Assembly: GCA_947460245.1 (NCBI GenBank)
Contig: CANHGL010000005.1
Location: 25,121 to 89,120, forward strand
Origin: Sphingobacteriales bacterium
GTDB taxonomy: Bacteria; Bacteroidota; Bacteroidia; Chitinophagales; JADIYW01
Direction: 5' to 3'
Length of the DNA stretch: 64,000 nt
Made by a program: the position numbers and the translations under genes. This document shows, piece after piece, positions 1 to 9,248 of this stretch; positions within the stretch are counted from its first letter, which is position 1; each line of letters starts with the position of its first letter. The notes under the pieces were generated by a model. The model saw only the letters and a program-made list of their open reading frames with translations. It searched no databases and was not told where the DNA came from.

Positions 1-289
1 TAGAACACATCAGATACGCGTACATATGAAGTATATCGGGCATACTGTATTTGGAGATTATAGTTATGGCGGCGATCAGATTCTCTCTGGCACCGTTTAT
101 GGTAAGTATAAAACATTTATAGAAAACTGCTTTAAATTAATGCCTTACCACGCATTACATGCACAAAGCTTGGGTTTTACACATCCACGTACAGGAGAGG
201 AAATGTATTTTGAAATGCCACTACCTGAAAATTTCACACAAGTCTTGGATAAGTGGGAAAATTATACGAAAGGCTTTACTATACAGTAG
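1..289 (+). CDS. RluA/RluD-family pseudouridine synthase, C-terminal fragment (5' end outside window)
   Basis: The frame is open from the window edge. Translation from nt 2 reads RTHQIRVHMKYIGHTVFGDYSYGG, which is the conserved (G)RTHQIRVH and GDxxYG blocks of RluA-family enzymes. Stop at 287-289. Confidence 0.8.
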   Translation, partial: RTHQIRVHMKYIGHTVFGDYSYGGDQILSGTVYGKYKTFIENCFKLMPYHALHAQSLGFTHPRTGEEMYFEMPLPENFTQVLDKWENYTKGFTIQ

Positions 290-298
290 TTTAATTTT

Positions 299-1348
299 TT
301 ATTCTAATGTCTTCAAGTCAATAACAAAGCGATACTTTACATCGCTCTTTAATATTCGTTCATATGCTTCATTAATATAATTGATAGGAATAATTTCTAC
401 ATCCGATACAATATTATGCGCTGCACAATAATCAAGCATTTCCTGGGTTTCCGGAATGCCACCTATAGATGAGCCATGTATACTTCTTCCATTAGATAAG
501 AGTACGAAACCATTTACCTTAATAGGCTCTGGCGGAATCCCAACACAGATATGAACACCATAAGCCCTTAATAATTTTAGGTAGCTATCATAATCGTGAG
601 GTGCAGAAACGGTATCAATAATAAAGTCAAAATAGTTCAGGTATATTTTTAATTGATCTTTATCGCTTGTTAAACAAAAATTATGCGCACCTAATCGTAT
701 AGCATCTGCTTCTTTTGATGGTGACGTACTAAGCATAGTAACTTCAGCGCCAAAAGAAACTGCAAATTTCACGGCCATATGTCCTAATCCGCCTAAGCCA
801 AGAACTGCTACGCGATGTCCTTTACCTATTTTGAATTTACGTAATGGTGAATAGGTGGTAATGCCGGCACACAATAGAGGGGCTACTTTATCTAATGGCA
901 AGGTATCTGCCACTTTTAAGACAAAATGTTCGTCGGTTACAATTTGATTTGAATATCCTCCATAGGTAGGTGTTATGCCATCTTTCTCCAAGGAGTTATA
1001 TGTCCAAACGGCTTTTCCTTTTTCGCAGAATTGTTCATGGCCATTACTACAGTTGCCACATTCTCTACAGGAATCTACCATACAGCCTACTCCGGCAAAA
1101 TCGCCTACTTTAAATTTAGTAACATTATTACCTACCTTTAATATTCGGCCTACTATCTCATGACCGGGTATCATCGGATATTTCGCAGGACCCCATTCGC
1201 TTCTTACCTGATGAATGTCTGAGTGACATACACCACAATACAAAATTTCTATTAATACGTCATTAGCCTGCACCTCTCTTCTTTCAAAATTCCAGGGACT
1301 TAATTTATCGGTAGAACTTTTAACGGCATATCCTTTTGATGGAATCAT
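299..1348 (-). CDS. Zn-dependent NAD(P)-alcohol dehydrogenase (cinnamyl-alcohol/YahK-like MDR family)
   Basis: 349 aa. Catalytic Zn motif GVCHSDIH plus GHEIVG, structural Zn cluster CRECGNCSNGHEQFC, and Rossmann motif GLGGLGHMAV. Confidence 0.85.
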   Translation of the reverse strand: MIPSKGYAVKSSTDKLSPWNFERREVQANDVLIEILYCGVCHSDIHQVRSEWGPAKYPMIPGHEIVGRILKVGNNVTKFKVGDFAGVGCMVDSCRECGNCSNGHEQFCEKGKAVWTYNSLEKDGITPTYGGYSNQIVTDEHFVLKVADTLPLDKVAPLLCAGITTYSPLRKFKIGKGHRVAVLGLGGLGHMAVKFAVSFGAEVTMLSTSPSKEADAIRLGAHNFCLTSDKDQLKIYLNYFDFIIDTVSAPHDYDSYLKLLRAYGVHICVGIPPEPIKVNGFVLLSNGRSIHGSSIGGIPETQEMLDYCAAHNIVSDVEIIPINYINEAYERILKSDVKYRFVIDLKTLE

Positions 1349-1406
1349 AAATAAAGATTTAATTGTAATTGTAACAAGGCATTTTGTTTTTTTTCTGACA
1401 AGTAAT

Positions 1407-2432
1407 CTATTCCAAATTTAGCTTACTTATTCGTATACATTCTCTACTTAAGGCGCTACCGGAAAAGTCAAAGTAGATGATATTAGGGATTCTACCCTTT
1501 TTTATCTGTTGATTAGCAATGAGTGAATTGAGTGTAGCAGGGAGTGCCAAGTTTGCACTATCTGCAGTTTTCTGAATAGAAGAGGCGTCTGGGTTTATAG
1601 CACAGGTAATGGCCTGCGTTTCATCTTGTGTAATTTGCCAGCTAAACTGAAACAGTTTATTCCCATCATTAGAAAAATTACTATACTCATTAATTTGTCC
1701 CTGTAATAGACTTGCAAGGCTATGACTGTTTGTCCATCTGCCTTCATTGGGTTTTATAGCAGAAGAGAAGAGCCCTAAAGATTTATTTAACGAATCATTA
1801 GCTATACCCTCATAAATTAAAATAACTTTTCCTTTTCCGCTATTACCTATAATTTCTTTTAATGGTGTTTTAATTATAGGGATTACGGAAGATGCGGACT
1901 CTTTATATATTTTATCTCCAAGTAATCTATTGCTCATACTAATCAGGGCTGTATCACTGGGCGATGTACCACAGAAATGGCTGAGTTCTAAAATAACTAA
2001 TTCTGCATGAGTATCGAGAAATCGATTAATATCACTATAAATATTTTCCAGCAAACCACCTTTACATCCAAATCCACCGCACCCGGTAGAATGTTCTGTA
2101 TATATTTTATTATTTGCAACAGATGGTCGTACATCAAATATTCTTACTCCCTGCATGAGCTGCTGATAGAAGTTAAGCGATTGAGTTTGTGTATTGCAAG
2201 CATTTGCACCAAAAGTACAATTGTTTAATTCATACATGCCTGCATCGTGTGCACCCGGTAGAACAATATCTATTAATTTTATGTCTTTGTCTGGATGTTC
2301 TGTTATTAGATCCTGCATCCAGGATTCAGTGGGGGTAATAATAGCTGTATTGCTTTTATTTATTGTAGTTACTTCTTTCTTGCAAGAAAGCACAATAGAT
2401 AAAATGGCAAACCATATTGTATAATTCTTCAT
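1407..2432 (-). CDS. Lipoprotein with PI-PLC X-domain-like phosphodiesterase fold
   Basis: Lipoprotein signal (AILSIVLSC). The blocks VLPGAHDAGMY and VRIFDVRP resemble the catalytic-His and barrel blocks of phosphatidylinositol-specific phospholipase C X domains. Confidence 0.55.
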   Translation of the reverse strand: MKNYTIWFAILSIVLSCKKEVTTINKSNTAIITPTESWMQDLITEHPDKDIKLIDIVLPGAHDAGMYELNNCTFGANACNTQTQSLNFYQQLMQGVRIFDVRPSVANNKIYTEHSTGCGGFGCKGGLLENIYSDINRFLDTHAELVILELSHFCGTSPSDTALISMSNRLLGDKIYKESASSVIPIIKTPLKEIIGNSGKGKVILIYEGIANDSLNKSLGLFSSAIKPNEGRWTNSHSLASLLQGQINEYSNFSNDGNKLFQFSWQITQDETQAITCAINPDASSIQKTADSANLALPATLNSLIANQQIKKGRIPNIIYFDFSGSALSRECIRISKLNLE

Positions 2433-2487
2433 AACTACATATGAAAATAAGCTATTTAATAGAAATATTTTAAATAACTAAAAAATA

Positions 2488-2916
2488 TTATAATTGATGA
2501 TAATCCGGAAGTGTATCTAATCTGTAAGCTTTCTCTTCGATAATCTGAAAAAAGAAAGAATCTTTGCCATTGCTTACCATCAGATAGGGTACTTGTAGCT
2601 GTATATTATAGGTGGCTATCTGTTGTAAAGTCTTCTCTTTTATTTCCACATATTCTGCTTTGCATTCTATAAGTAGCTTAGGTTGCAATTCTTGATTATA
2701 GACTACTATGTCGTAACGTTTCCGAAGAGCATTAACCTTTATGGTCTTCTCAACGGAGATGTATTTTAGTGGATATGAAAATTGATCAATTATTTTGTGT
2801 AAAATAAATTGTCTCACTTTTTCTTCCGGAGTAAGTATTATCCATTTTTTTCTGATCAGACAATGAATATGCTTCTTATTGTCGGCTACTTTAATATTAG
2901 GAATTTGTTTAGGCAT
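2488..2916 (-). CDS. Stand-alone HsdR-N-terminal-domain (PD-(D/E)xK-like) protein
   Basis: 142 aa. The pattern EKVRQFIL...YDIVVY...LLIECKA (D...ExK) matches small proteins usually annotated as type I restriction enzyme HsdR N-terminal domain-containing. No hsdM, hsdS or helicase part lies nearby. Confidence 0.6.
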   Translation of the reverse strand: MPKQIPNIKVADNKKHIHCLIRKKWIILTPEEKVRQFILHKIIDQFSYPLKYISVEKTIKVNALRKRYDIVVYNQELQPKLLIECKAEYVEIKEKTLQQIATYNIQLQVPYLMVSNGKDSFFFQIIEEKAYRLDTLPDYHQL

Positions 2917-2925
2917 TCGATGTAA

Positions 2926-4485
2926 TTACTTACATAAAGATTTAACGCTCCGGAACATTCTATTGAAATGTATGGCTTCCAACCCTTTGTTAAAGCTGTC
3001 GGCCGACAACCAAACAAACAGAGGTTTTCCAACTACATGATTTTCCGGAACAAAGCCCCAATAACGTGAATCTAAAGAGTTATGTCTATTATCGCCCATC
3101 ATCCAGTAATAATCCTGCTTAAACGTATAGGATGTAATGGGTTCTCCATTTATGACTAATTTGTCTTCTAAAATCTGAGCATTTGCATTCTCATACAATA
3201 CAATGGTCTGTGCATAACGGTATAAATTATCCTTAATATTTAAGTCTATAGTCCAACCTTTCTTAGGAACGATTAATGGACCATAATTATCCAGGTTCCA
3301 TTTATAGTATTGCGCTAATGTAGAGTATATCCAATTGCCTTGAAGCGGAGATGAAGGTGCAGGATCTATACTTTTTACATTCAATTGTTTCTTTAAAGCT
3401 TCTAACTGATCGTAGCTCAATAATACTGCAATAGAATCTTTATTTACAGCAAGATACTGTCTGAACTGTGCATATAGCTCATCGGAAGGAGCAACAGGAT
3501 TGCCCATCTCATCGGAGAATCCCATTTGCTGATTTCCATTTGTAGCAGTGTATATGATTTCTGGAAAATCATTATACCAGTTTATATTTAAGTCTTTAAA
3601 TGTTTCTGCACTGAAACTCACTCCATTGGTTTTGACCATGTACTCAAACTGCATATTTTTATAACGTGGTTGAGCAGTTTTATTTACATACAATTGCTTG
3701 TTTAGAACCTCTAGTGTATCACCTGCAATTGCTACGCAACGTTTTACATAATTTTCTCTTTTGTCAATAGGTCGTTCTGGAAACTGATAGGCATCTCCAG
3801 GATAATTAAATACTACAACATCTCCACGTTCAATTTTTTCAAATCCTGGTAGTCTATGATAATCCAGTTGGACCAAAGTAGAATAGGCTTTTCCTAAATT
3901 GAAGGGCAAGGTGTGATGCGCAAAAGGAAAAGCAATCGGTGTCATTGGTGGTCTTGCACCATAATTTAGCTTACTAACAAATAGATAGTCGCCAGCTAAT
4001 AGAGAGCCTTCCATGGATGTAGTTGGTATCTTGTATGCCTCTATAACAAATGAACGAATAATAGTTGCGGCAACGACAGCAAAAACAATAGCATCAGCCC
4101 ATTCTCTGACAAAAGAACGATTAGATTTATTGAGTTTGTCATTAAGATGACTAGGTCCTTCATAGCTGGCATTTTTATCTAAAAATCCTATATAAGAAAA
4201 GTAAATTGGGCCCAAGAAAATAGCTGTAAGATGATCCAGAAATGAACGCCTTCCAAAAGAATTACAAAGGTCCGGTACCCAGGTTAAACCGTATAAGAAA
4301 TTTACATAAGGGATAAGTCCAAAATAGGCCTGCCTTTTCTTTCTGCCTATGATTTCGACAAGTGTAAAATCCTGTACCAATGGTATAAATACATGTAAAG
4401 GGTTTTTTCCGGCTTTCTTATATAAACCATAGCAAGGTATATGCAACAGGTAATGAAGTAAATAGGCGTATATCAATGTAATCAT
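2926..4485 (-). CDS. lepB: Signal peptidase I with Bacteroidota-type N-terminal membrane extension
   Basis: Ser box TTSMEGSLLAGD, Lys box YVKRCVAIAGDT and box E GDNRHNSLDSRYWGFVP. The N-terminal 110 aa (YKKAGKNPLHVFIPLV...) look like the DUF5684-type membrane module typical of Bacteroidota LepB. Confidence 0.9.
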   Translation of the reverse strand: MITLIYAYLLHYLLHIPCYGLYKKAGKNPLHVFIPLVQDFTLVEIIGRKKRQAYFGLIPYVNFLYGLTWVPDLCNSFGRRSFLDHLTAIFLGPIYFSYIGFLDKNASYEGPSHLNDKLNKSNRSFVREWADAIVFAVVAATIIRSFVIEAYKIPTTSMEGSLLAGDYLFVSKLNYGARPPMTPIAFPFAHHTLPFNLGKAYSTLVQLDYHRLPGFEKIERGDVVVFNYPGDAYQFPERPIDKRENYVKRCVAIAGDTLEVLNKQLYVNKTAQPRYKNMQFEYMVKTNGVSFSAETFKDLNINWYNDFPEIIYTATNGNQQMGFSDEMGNPVAPSDELYAQFRQYLAVNKDSIAVLLSYDQLEALKKQLNVKSIDPAPSSPLQGNWIYSTLAQYYKWNLDNYGPLIVPKKGWTIDLNIKDNLYRYAQTIVLYENANAQILEDKLVINGEPITSYTFKQDYYWMMGDNRHNSLDSRYWGFVPENHVVGKPLFVWLSADSFNKGLEAIHFNRMFRSVKSLCK

Positions 4486-4575
4486 AGGACGAGTTATTAA
4501 GTAAAGTTAGGTGATAATAACAGAAAGCAGTAGTTATAATTCTCTTGTTTTCTTAAGATTTGTTAAATGATTTAT

Positions 4576-5319
4576 TTATTTAGAAAATCCAAGTACATCT
4601 TCCATTGTATATACTCCTTTCTTTTCTTTTAACCAATTGGCCGCCAGCAATGCACCTTCTGCGAATCCTTTTCTGTTATGTGCAGTATGAATAAGTTCTA
4701 TTTTATCTATATCAGAGTTATATTGTACGATATGAGTACCGGGTACATTATCAACTCTTTTCGAAGATATCTCTAAATCCTGTGGCTGAACAGAAGTTTC
4801 CTTCACCCAATTATCTTTCCTTTCGATCCTTTTTAATATATCGAGGGCTGCATGAATTGCGGTTCCACTGGGTGCATCTTTTTTTTCTGTATGATGTATT
4901 TCTTCCAAGCTCACATCATAAGATTGGTGTGCATTCATGAGTTGTGCAAGATACCTGTTGATTTCAAAAAAAATATTTACGCCTATACTGAAATTAGGAG
5001 CAAATAAAAATGTCTTATTCTGTTCCAATGCGAGACTTCTAATATCTAACAGTTGGTCTGTCCATCCGGTACTTCCTATAACAACCGGTATATCTGCATC
5101 AAAACATAATTTTATATTGTCTACTACCGTTTCTGGAGTTGTAAATTCAATAGCTACATCAACTGATTTTAGCGTTTCAATGGATATACTATTTCTGTTT
5201 TGGGTATTTATAATAAGGCAAATATCTAATTCACTATTTTTATTTCTTGTATTGATCTCATCTGCCATAGCATGTATAGCTTTTCCCATCTTTCCGTATC
5301 CTATTAATGCAATTTTCAT
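4576..5319 (-). CDS. dapB: 4-hydroxy-tetrahydrodipicolinate reductase
   Basis: N-terminal NAD(P) fold MKIALIGYGKMGK and the DapB signature EIHHTEKKDAPSGTA. Confidence 0.9.
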   Translation of the reverse strand: MKIALIGYGKMGKAIHAMADEINTRNKNSELDICLIINTQNRNSISIETLKSVDVAIEFTTPETVVDNIKLCFDADIPVVIGSTGWTDQLLDIRSLALEQNKTFLFAPNFSIGVNIFFEINRYLAQLMNAHQSYDVSLEEIHHTEKKDAPSGTAIHAALDILKRIERKDNWVKETSVQPQDLEISSKRVDNVPGTHIVQYNSDIDKIELIHTAHNRKGFAEGALLAANWLKEKKGVYTMEDVLGFSK

Positions 5320-5326
5320 TTACTGA

Positions 5327-6037
5327 TTATTTTATTTTAAGATTTATGGCTATTCCGGTATAGTAGCTATTATCAATTGTCTGTAATTGTGGTTTTATCT
5401 TCATACTGAGTTTGTCGGAAATATCAAAAGAATGTAAATGCGCATCTACTACCGCATCTACAATGGATAAGCCCCAAACAAATGCGGTGCCAAAGGCAGA
5501 CAATTGAACATTTCTCCGATAAGTATTTCTATTGATTTCCAATTCATCAAGTGTTAGTTGACTTTGAGGATAGGGATTGGCTATGCCATTAAATGAGTTT
5601 TGTATATATCCATTATAAGCTCTAAGGTTTTTCACGTTTGATGCTAGAAAATAGGCCATTGTGCCCATAAGGCCATAAACAATAGGAAGCTTCCAATATC
5701 GCTTATTGTAAATCTGACCCAAACCCGGACAAGCCAAAGCCCATAAGGCTGCCTTTTTAGGTATGTAATGAGTAGTATCTAACTTTGGAGATCTTCTAAG
5801 CTTTTTCTTTTTTACCTCAGTAGTATCGATATTGATTTTTTCAGCTAATGCTGGTGTCCTTATGTCTAATACATCTGTAATTATTGTGTCCTTATTGATT
5901 AAGGATATGCCAGATTGAATACTGTCAATTGAAACAGTACTGTATGCATGAGATAAATTAAAAACAAATAAAAACAAGAGAAAAACAGCATACAACACGT
6001 TGTAAGCTATAGAATTTTTATTTCTATCTTCTCTCAT
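5327..6037 (-). CDS. DUF5683-family membrane protein
   Basis: The block CPGLGQIYNKRYWKLPIVYG plus its position between parB and dapB are typical of this Bacteroidota family. Confidence 0.6.
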   Translation of the reverse strand: MREDRNKNSIAYNVLYAVFLLFLFVFNLSHAYSTVSIDSIQSGISLINKDTIITDVLDIRTPALAEKINIDTTEVKKKKLRRSPKLDTTHYIPKKAALWALACPGLGQIYNKRYWKLPIVYGLMGTMAYFLASNVKNLRAYNGYIQNSFNGIANPYPQSQLTLDELEINRNTYRRNVQLSAFGTAFVWGLSIVDAVVDAHLHSFDISDKLSMKIKPQLQTIDNSYYTGIAINLKIK

Positions 6038-6057
6038 CTTGAAATTGTAAATTATTT

Positions 6058-6960
6058 TTATTCTTTATCAATTATATCAAGGAGACGGTTTAGATCAGAA
6101 GTGGAATAAAAAGGAATAATAATCTCACCTTTATCTGTACTGGTTTTTTTGATCTTAACTTTTGTTTCAAAAATATCCATCAATTTAGTTTGAACACTTT
6201 TATAGGCAGCAGGCAATGGAGCCTCTGTATTATCTTTTTTTCTGCTAGAAGTTCCATTAGAAAGCAATCTAACCAATTCTTCCGTTTTACGCACAGATAA
6301 ACCTTTTGAATTGATTTCTTTTAAAACATACAACTGTTTGTCTACCTCCTGAATTCCGATGATAGCTCTAGCATGTCCCATGGATAGAACTTTTTCTCTT
6401 AGTGCTTTTTGTATCTCCGGTGGAAGTTTTAATAAGCGCAGATAGTTACTTACAGTAGACCTGTCTTTTCCAAGACGCTCTCCGAGGTTTTCATGGGTAA
6501 GATTACATTCATCAATTAATCGCTGATAGGTGAGTGCCACTTCCATTGAATTCAGGTCTTCCCGCTGAATATTTTCAATCAAAGCCATCTCTACAACTTC
6601 CTGATCGTTTGCTGTTCTAACATAGGCCGGGATTTCTATCATCCCCGCCATCTTGGATGCACGCAATCTTCTTTCACCAGAAATTAATTGATATTTCCTT
6701 TCAGCAACTTTTCGAACGGTAATAGGTTGAATCACTCCATGAACACGAATAGAACTTGCTAATTCCTCTAAAGCCTGCTGATTAAAATCTGCACGTGGTT
6801 GGAATGGATTTACTTCTATTTGTTCTAGTCTGATTTTAGGTACGGTATTGATGATAGAGTCTTCATCAGTTGCACTAATCTTTAGCACTTCCGTATCATC
6901 GTCTATATCTGATAATAACGCACGTATTCCCTTACCTAAGGCATCTTTTTTCTTGTTCAT
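6058..6960 (-). CDS. parB: Chromosome partitioning protein ParB
   Basis: ParB box LISGERRLRAS, a HTH region (LTHENLGERLGKDRSTVSNYLRLL), and location downstream of parA. Confidence 0.9.
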   Translation of the reverse strand: MNKKKDALGKGIRALLSDIDDDTEVLKISATDEDSIINTVPKIRLEQIEVNPFQPRADFNQQALEELASSIRVHGVIQPITVRKVAERKYQLISGERRLRASKMAGMIEIPAYVRTANDQEVVEMALIENIQREDLNSMEVALTYQRLIDECNLTHENLGERLGKDRSTVSNYLRLLKLPPEIQKALREKVLSMGHARAIIGIQEVDKQLYVLKEINSKGLSVRKTEELVRLLSNGTSSRKKDNTEAPLPAAYKSVQTKLMDIFETKVKIKKTSTDKGEIIIPFYSTSDLNRLLDIIDKE

Positions 6961-6983
6961 ACTTTATATTTTAGGGTGCAGTG

Positions 6984-7829
6984 TTAGTTTAGATTTTTAT
7001 TTTCCATAGCCTGTATGGAAAGACTAGTAGTATCTACAATTTTTTCATCCATAGGAACATTAGTCATCCCGTTATTTTGCAGGATTTCTCTTGCAAGGTT
7101 CAGATAATTGATGGCACCTTTGCTATCGGCATCATAAAGAATAATAGGCTGTCGCAAACTTTGAGCTTCTCCTAATCTAGTATTTCTATGGATAATAGTA
7201 TTGAAGACGCTGGTTTCGAATCTTCGCTTTACTTCAGAGACTACCTGATTAGACAGGTTTAATCTTTGATCATACATCGTCAATAAAATACCTTCTATTT
7301 CTAATTCTTTGTTTAGTCTCGACTGAACAATTTTAATAGTGTTGAGTAGTTTTCCTAATCCTTCCAATGCAAAGTATTCGCATTGAACAGGTACTAAAAC
7401 AGCATCAGATGCAGTTAGTGCGTTTACGGTAATTAAACCTAATGAAGGGGAGCAGTCAATGATTATAAAGTCGTAATTTTTCTTTAAATCCTGCAATAAG
7501 CCTTTTAAGATTTTCTCCCTGTTCGGGTGATTGATTAACTCAATCTCTGCACCAACAAGGTCCAGATGAGACGGTAATAAAAATAGATTTGGAGTATCTG
7601 TTTCTAAAATGATATCTTTTGGTTTAGCAGCATCTATAAGACATTCATAAAGACTAATCTTTATATTTCTTGGATCAAATCCACATCCACTCGTACTGTT
7701 TGCCTGAGGGTCTGCATCAATGAGAAGTGTCTTCTGTTCTAGTATTGCTAAACTCGCTGCCAGGTTTACCGCTGTTGTTGTTTTTCCAACACCGCCTTTT
7801 TGATTCGCTACACTTATTATCTTTCCCAT
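6984..7829 (-). CDS. parA: Chromosome partitioning ATPase ParA/Soj
   Basis: Deviant Walker A NQKGGVGKTTTAVNLA, Walker B FIIIDCSPS. 281 aa. Confidence 0.9.
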   Translation of the reverse strand: MGKIISVANQKGGVGKTTTAVNLAASLAILEQKTLLIDADPQANSTSGCGFDPRNIKISLYECLIDAAKPKDIILETDTPNLFLLPSHLDLVGAEIELINHPNREKILKGLLQDLKKNYDFIIIDCSPSLGLITVNALTASDAVLVPVQCEYFALEGLGKLLNTIKIVQSRLNKELEIEGILLTMYDQRLNLSNQVVSEVKRRFETSVFNTIIHRNTRLGEAQSLRQPIILYDADSKGAINYLNLAREILQNNGMTNVPMDEKIVDTTSLSIQAMENKNLN

Positions 7830-7847
7830 ATATTATCTTTCCTTTTA

Positions 7848-8528
7848 TTATAATTCTATACTATCTCCTATATTCAATAAAATCAATTCTTTTCCATGTT
7901 GGGTGAATTTCTGTTGAGCAGCTACATGATCAATTTTGATGTAACCAAAAGTGTCGAAATGAACACCAATAATTTTATTGCATTGAATAAAATCAGCGGC
8001 TATAATGGCATCATCAGCACCCATCGTAAAGTTATCACCAATGGGCAGAACAGCAAATTTAAGAGCTGCCCAGCGGGGTATTAGTTGCATATCCATTGTA
8101 AGTGCCGTATCCCCTGAATAGTAATAATCACCATCACCAGTATTTACAACAAACCCCATCGGATTTGCGCCATAGGTACCATCGGGAAGTGAGGAGGAGT
8201 GCTGGGCGACAACACATTTTATGGTTCCAAAATCAGATTGCCATTTTCCGCCTATGTTCATAGGTCTGAAATTTTGCAAACCTTGTTTAGACAGCCATTC
8301 ATATACCTCATAAGCACAAATAACGGTGGCATTTGTTATTTTGGCAATGGCCACTACATCGGCTACATGATCTTCATGACCATGTGTTAATGCAATATAG
8401 TCGCACTCTATGGTGTTGATATCAATATGTTTTGCCAGTTCATTGGGGGTGATAAATGGATCAAATAAAAGCTTTTTTCCATTTGCTTCCACCAAAAAAC
8501 AAGCATGTCCGTAAAACGTGAGTTTCAT
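7848..8528 (-). CDS. Metallo-beta-lactamase-fold metal-dependent hydrolase (UPF0173-like)
   Basis: 226 aa. MKLTFYGHACFLVE start and the metal motif LTHGHEDHV. Confidence 0.8.
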   Translation of the reverse strand: MKLTFYGHACFLVEANGKKLLFDPFITPNELAKHIDINTIECDYIALTHGHEDHVADVVAIAKITNATVICAYEVYEWLSKQGLQNFRPMNIGGKWQSDFGTIKCVVAQHSSSLPDGTYGANPMGFVVNTGDGDYYYSGDTALTMDMQLIPRWAALKFAVLPIGDNFTMGADDAIIAADFIQCNKIIGVHFDTFGYIKIDHVAAQQKFTQHGKELILLNIGDSIEL

Positions 8529-8723
8529 ATTAGATTCATTAAAGGCACAAGAAAGTATAAGCTATATTACACAAAAACTTACCAGCTATGTTCCACGTTC
8601 AAAAATAGGCTATAATAAGGAGCATTTTTAAAAAGCAGACATAATTTATTACACACACGTTGTGTGGATAAAAATTAAAATATTGTGTATCATTCCGCTT
8701 TACTTTTATGAAAATCTAAACAA

Positions 8724-9248
8724 ATGATAACCGTTTTCCATGGCACCGCAAGGGCAGACAGCAATTCCCGGAAAATATCCAATTTTTATACCGAGTTACT
8801 GACTAAAAAGAATGTTCCACACCAGTTTTTTACTTTAGAAGGTGTACATGAGTCTGTATTCAATAAAACACCGTATCAGGAGAAACCTGCTCATCTGACA
8901 GCTATTGAAAATGATATTTTGATGCCTACTTCAAAATATATCTTTATCATACCCGAATATAATGGGAGTTTTCCAGGCATGTTTAAGGGGTTTATAGATG
9001 CTACGGATATCAAAAAGTGTTTTCATCATAAAAAAGCTTGCCTTACCGGTGTTGCTGAAGGAAGAGCTGGTAATTTGCGTGGAATGGAACATCTTACCAA
9101 TATATTTCATCATATGAAAATGGATGTTTTATACCAAAAAATACCCATTTCGCAGGTGCATCAGCACCTGGATGAAGCAGGCAGGCTGACAAATCCGGAA
9201 ATCATGAGCATGATTGAACAGCAAGTAGATCTTTTTCTGGAGTTTTAA
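8724..9248 (+). CDS. NAD(P)H-dependent FMN reductase family oxidoreductase
   Basis: 174 aa flavodoxin-like protein. The block IFIIPEYNGSFPGMFKGFID is characteristic of FMN_red proteins. Confidence 0.7.
   Translation: MITVFHGTARADSNSRKISNFYTELLTKKNVPHQFFTLEGVHESVFNKTPYQEKPAHLTAIENDILMPTSKYIFIIPEYNGSFPGMFKGFIDATDIKKCFHHKKACLTGVAEGRAGNLRGMEHLTNIFHHMKMDVLYQKIPISQVHQHLDEAGRLTNPEIMSMIEQQVDLFLEF

Noticed and set aside
4937-5326. Long antisense or alternative-frame ORFs inside real genes. Examples: 4937-5326, 16169-16411, 18044-18379, 21569-21922, 33737-34054, 40117-40482, 15802-16089 and 38262-38540.
   Set aside because: Each lies fully within, and opposite to or out of frame with, a gene that has strong motif support. 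Their translations are low-complexity with no recognisable motifs. They are typical shadow ORFs of AT-rich genomes.
6058-7829. parA-parB as a marker for a plasmid or for the replication origin.
   Set aside because: The flanking genes are chromosomal housekeeping genes (dapB, lepB). No rep gene, dnaA or DnaA-box cluster was seen nearby. In Bacteroidota parAB are not reliably adjacent to oriC.
8651-8667. A small inverted repeat, CACAC-GTT-GTGTG, in the divergent promoter region between the MBL hydrolase and the FMN reductase. It is a possible operator.
   Set aside because: The stem is only 5 bp with a 3-nt loop, which is within chance expectation for this composition. No second copy was seen.
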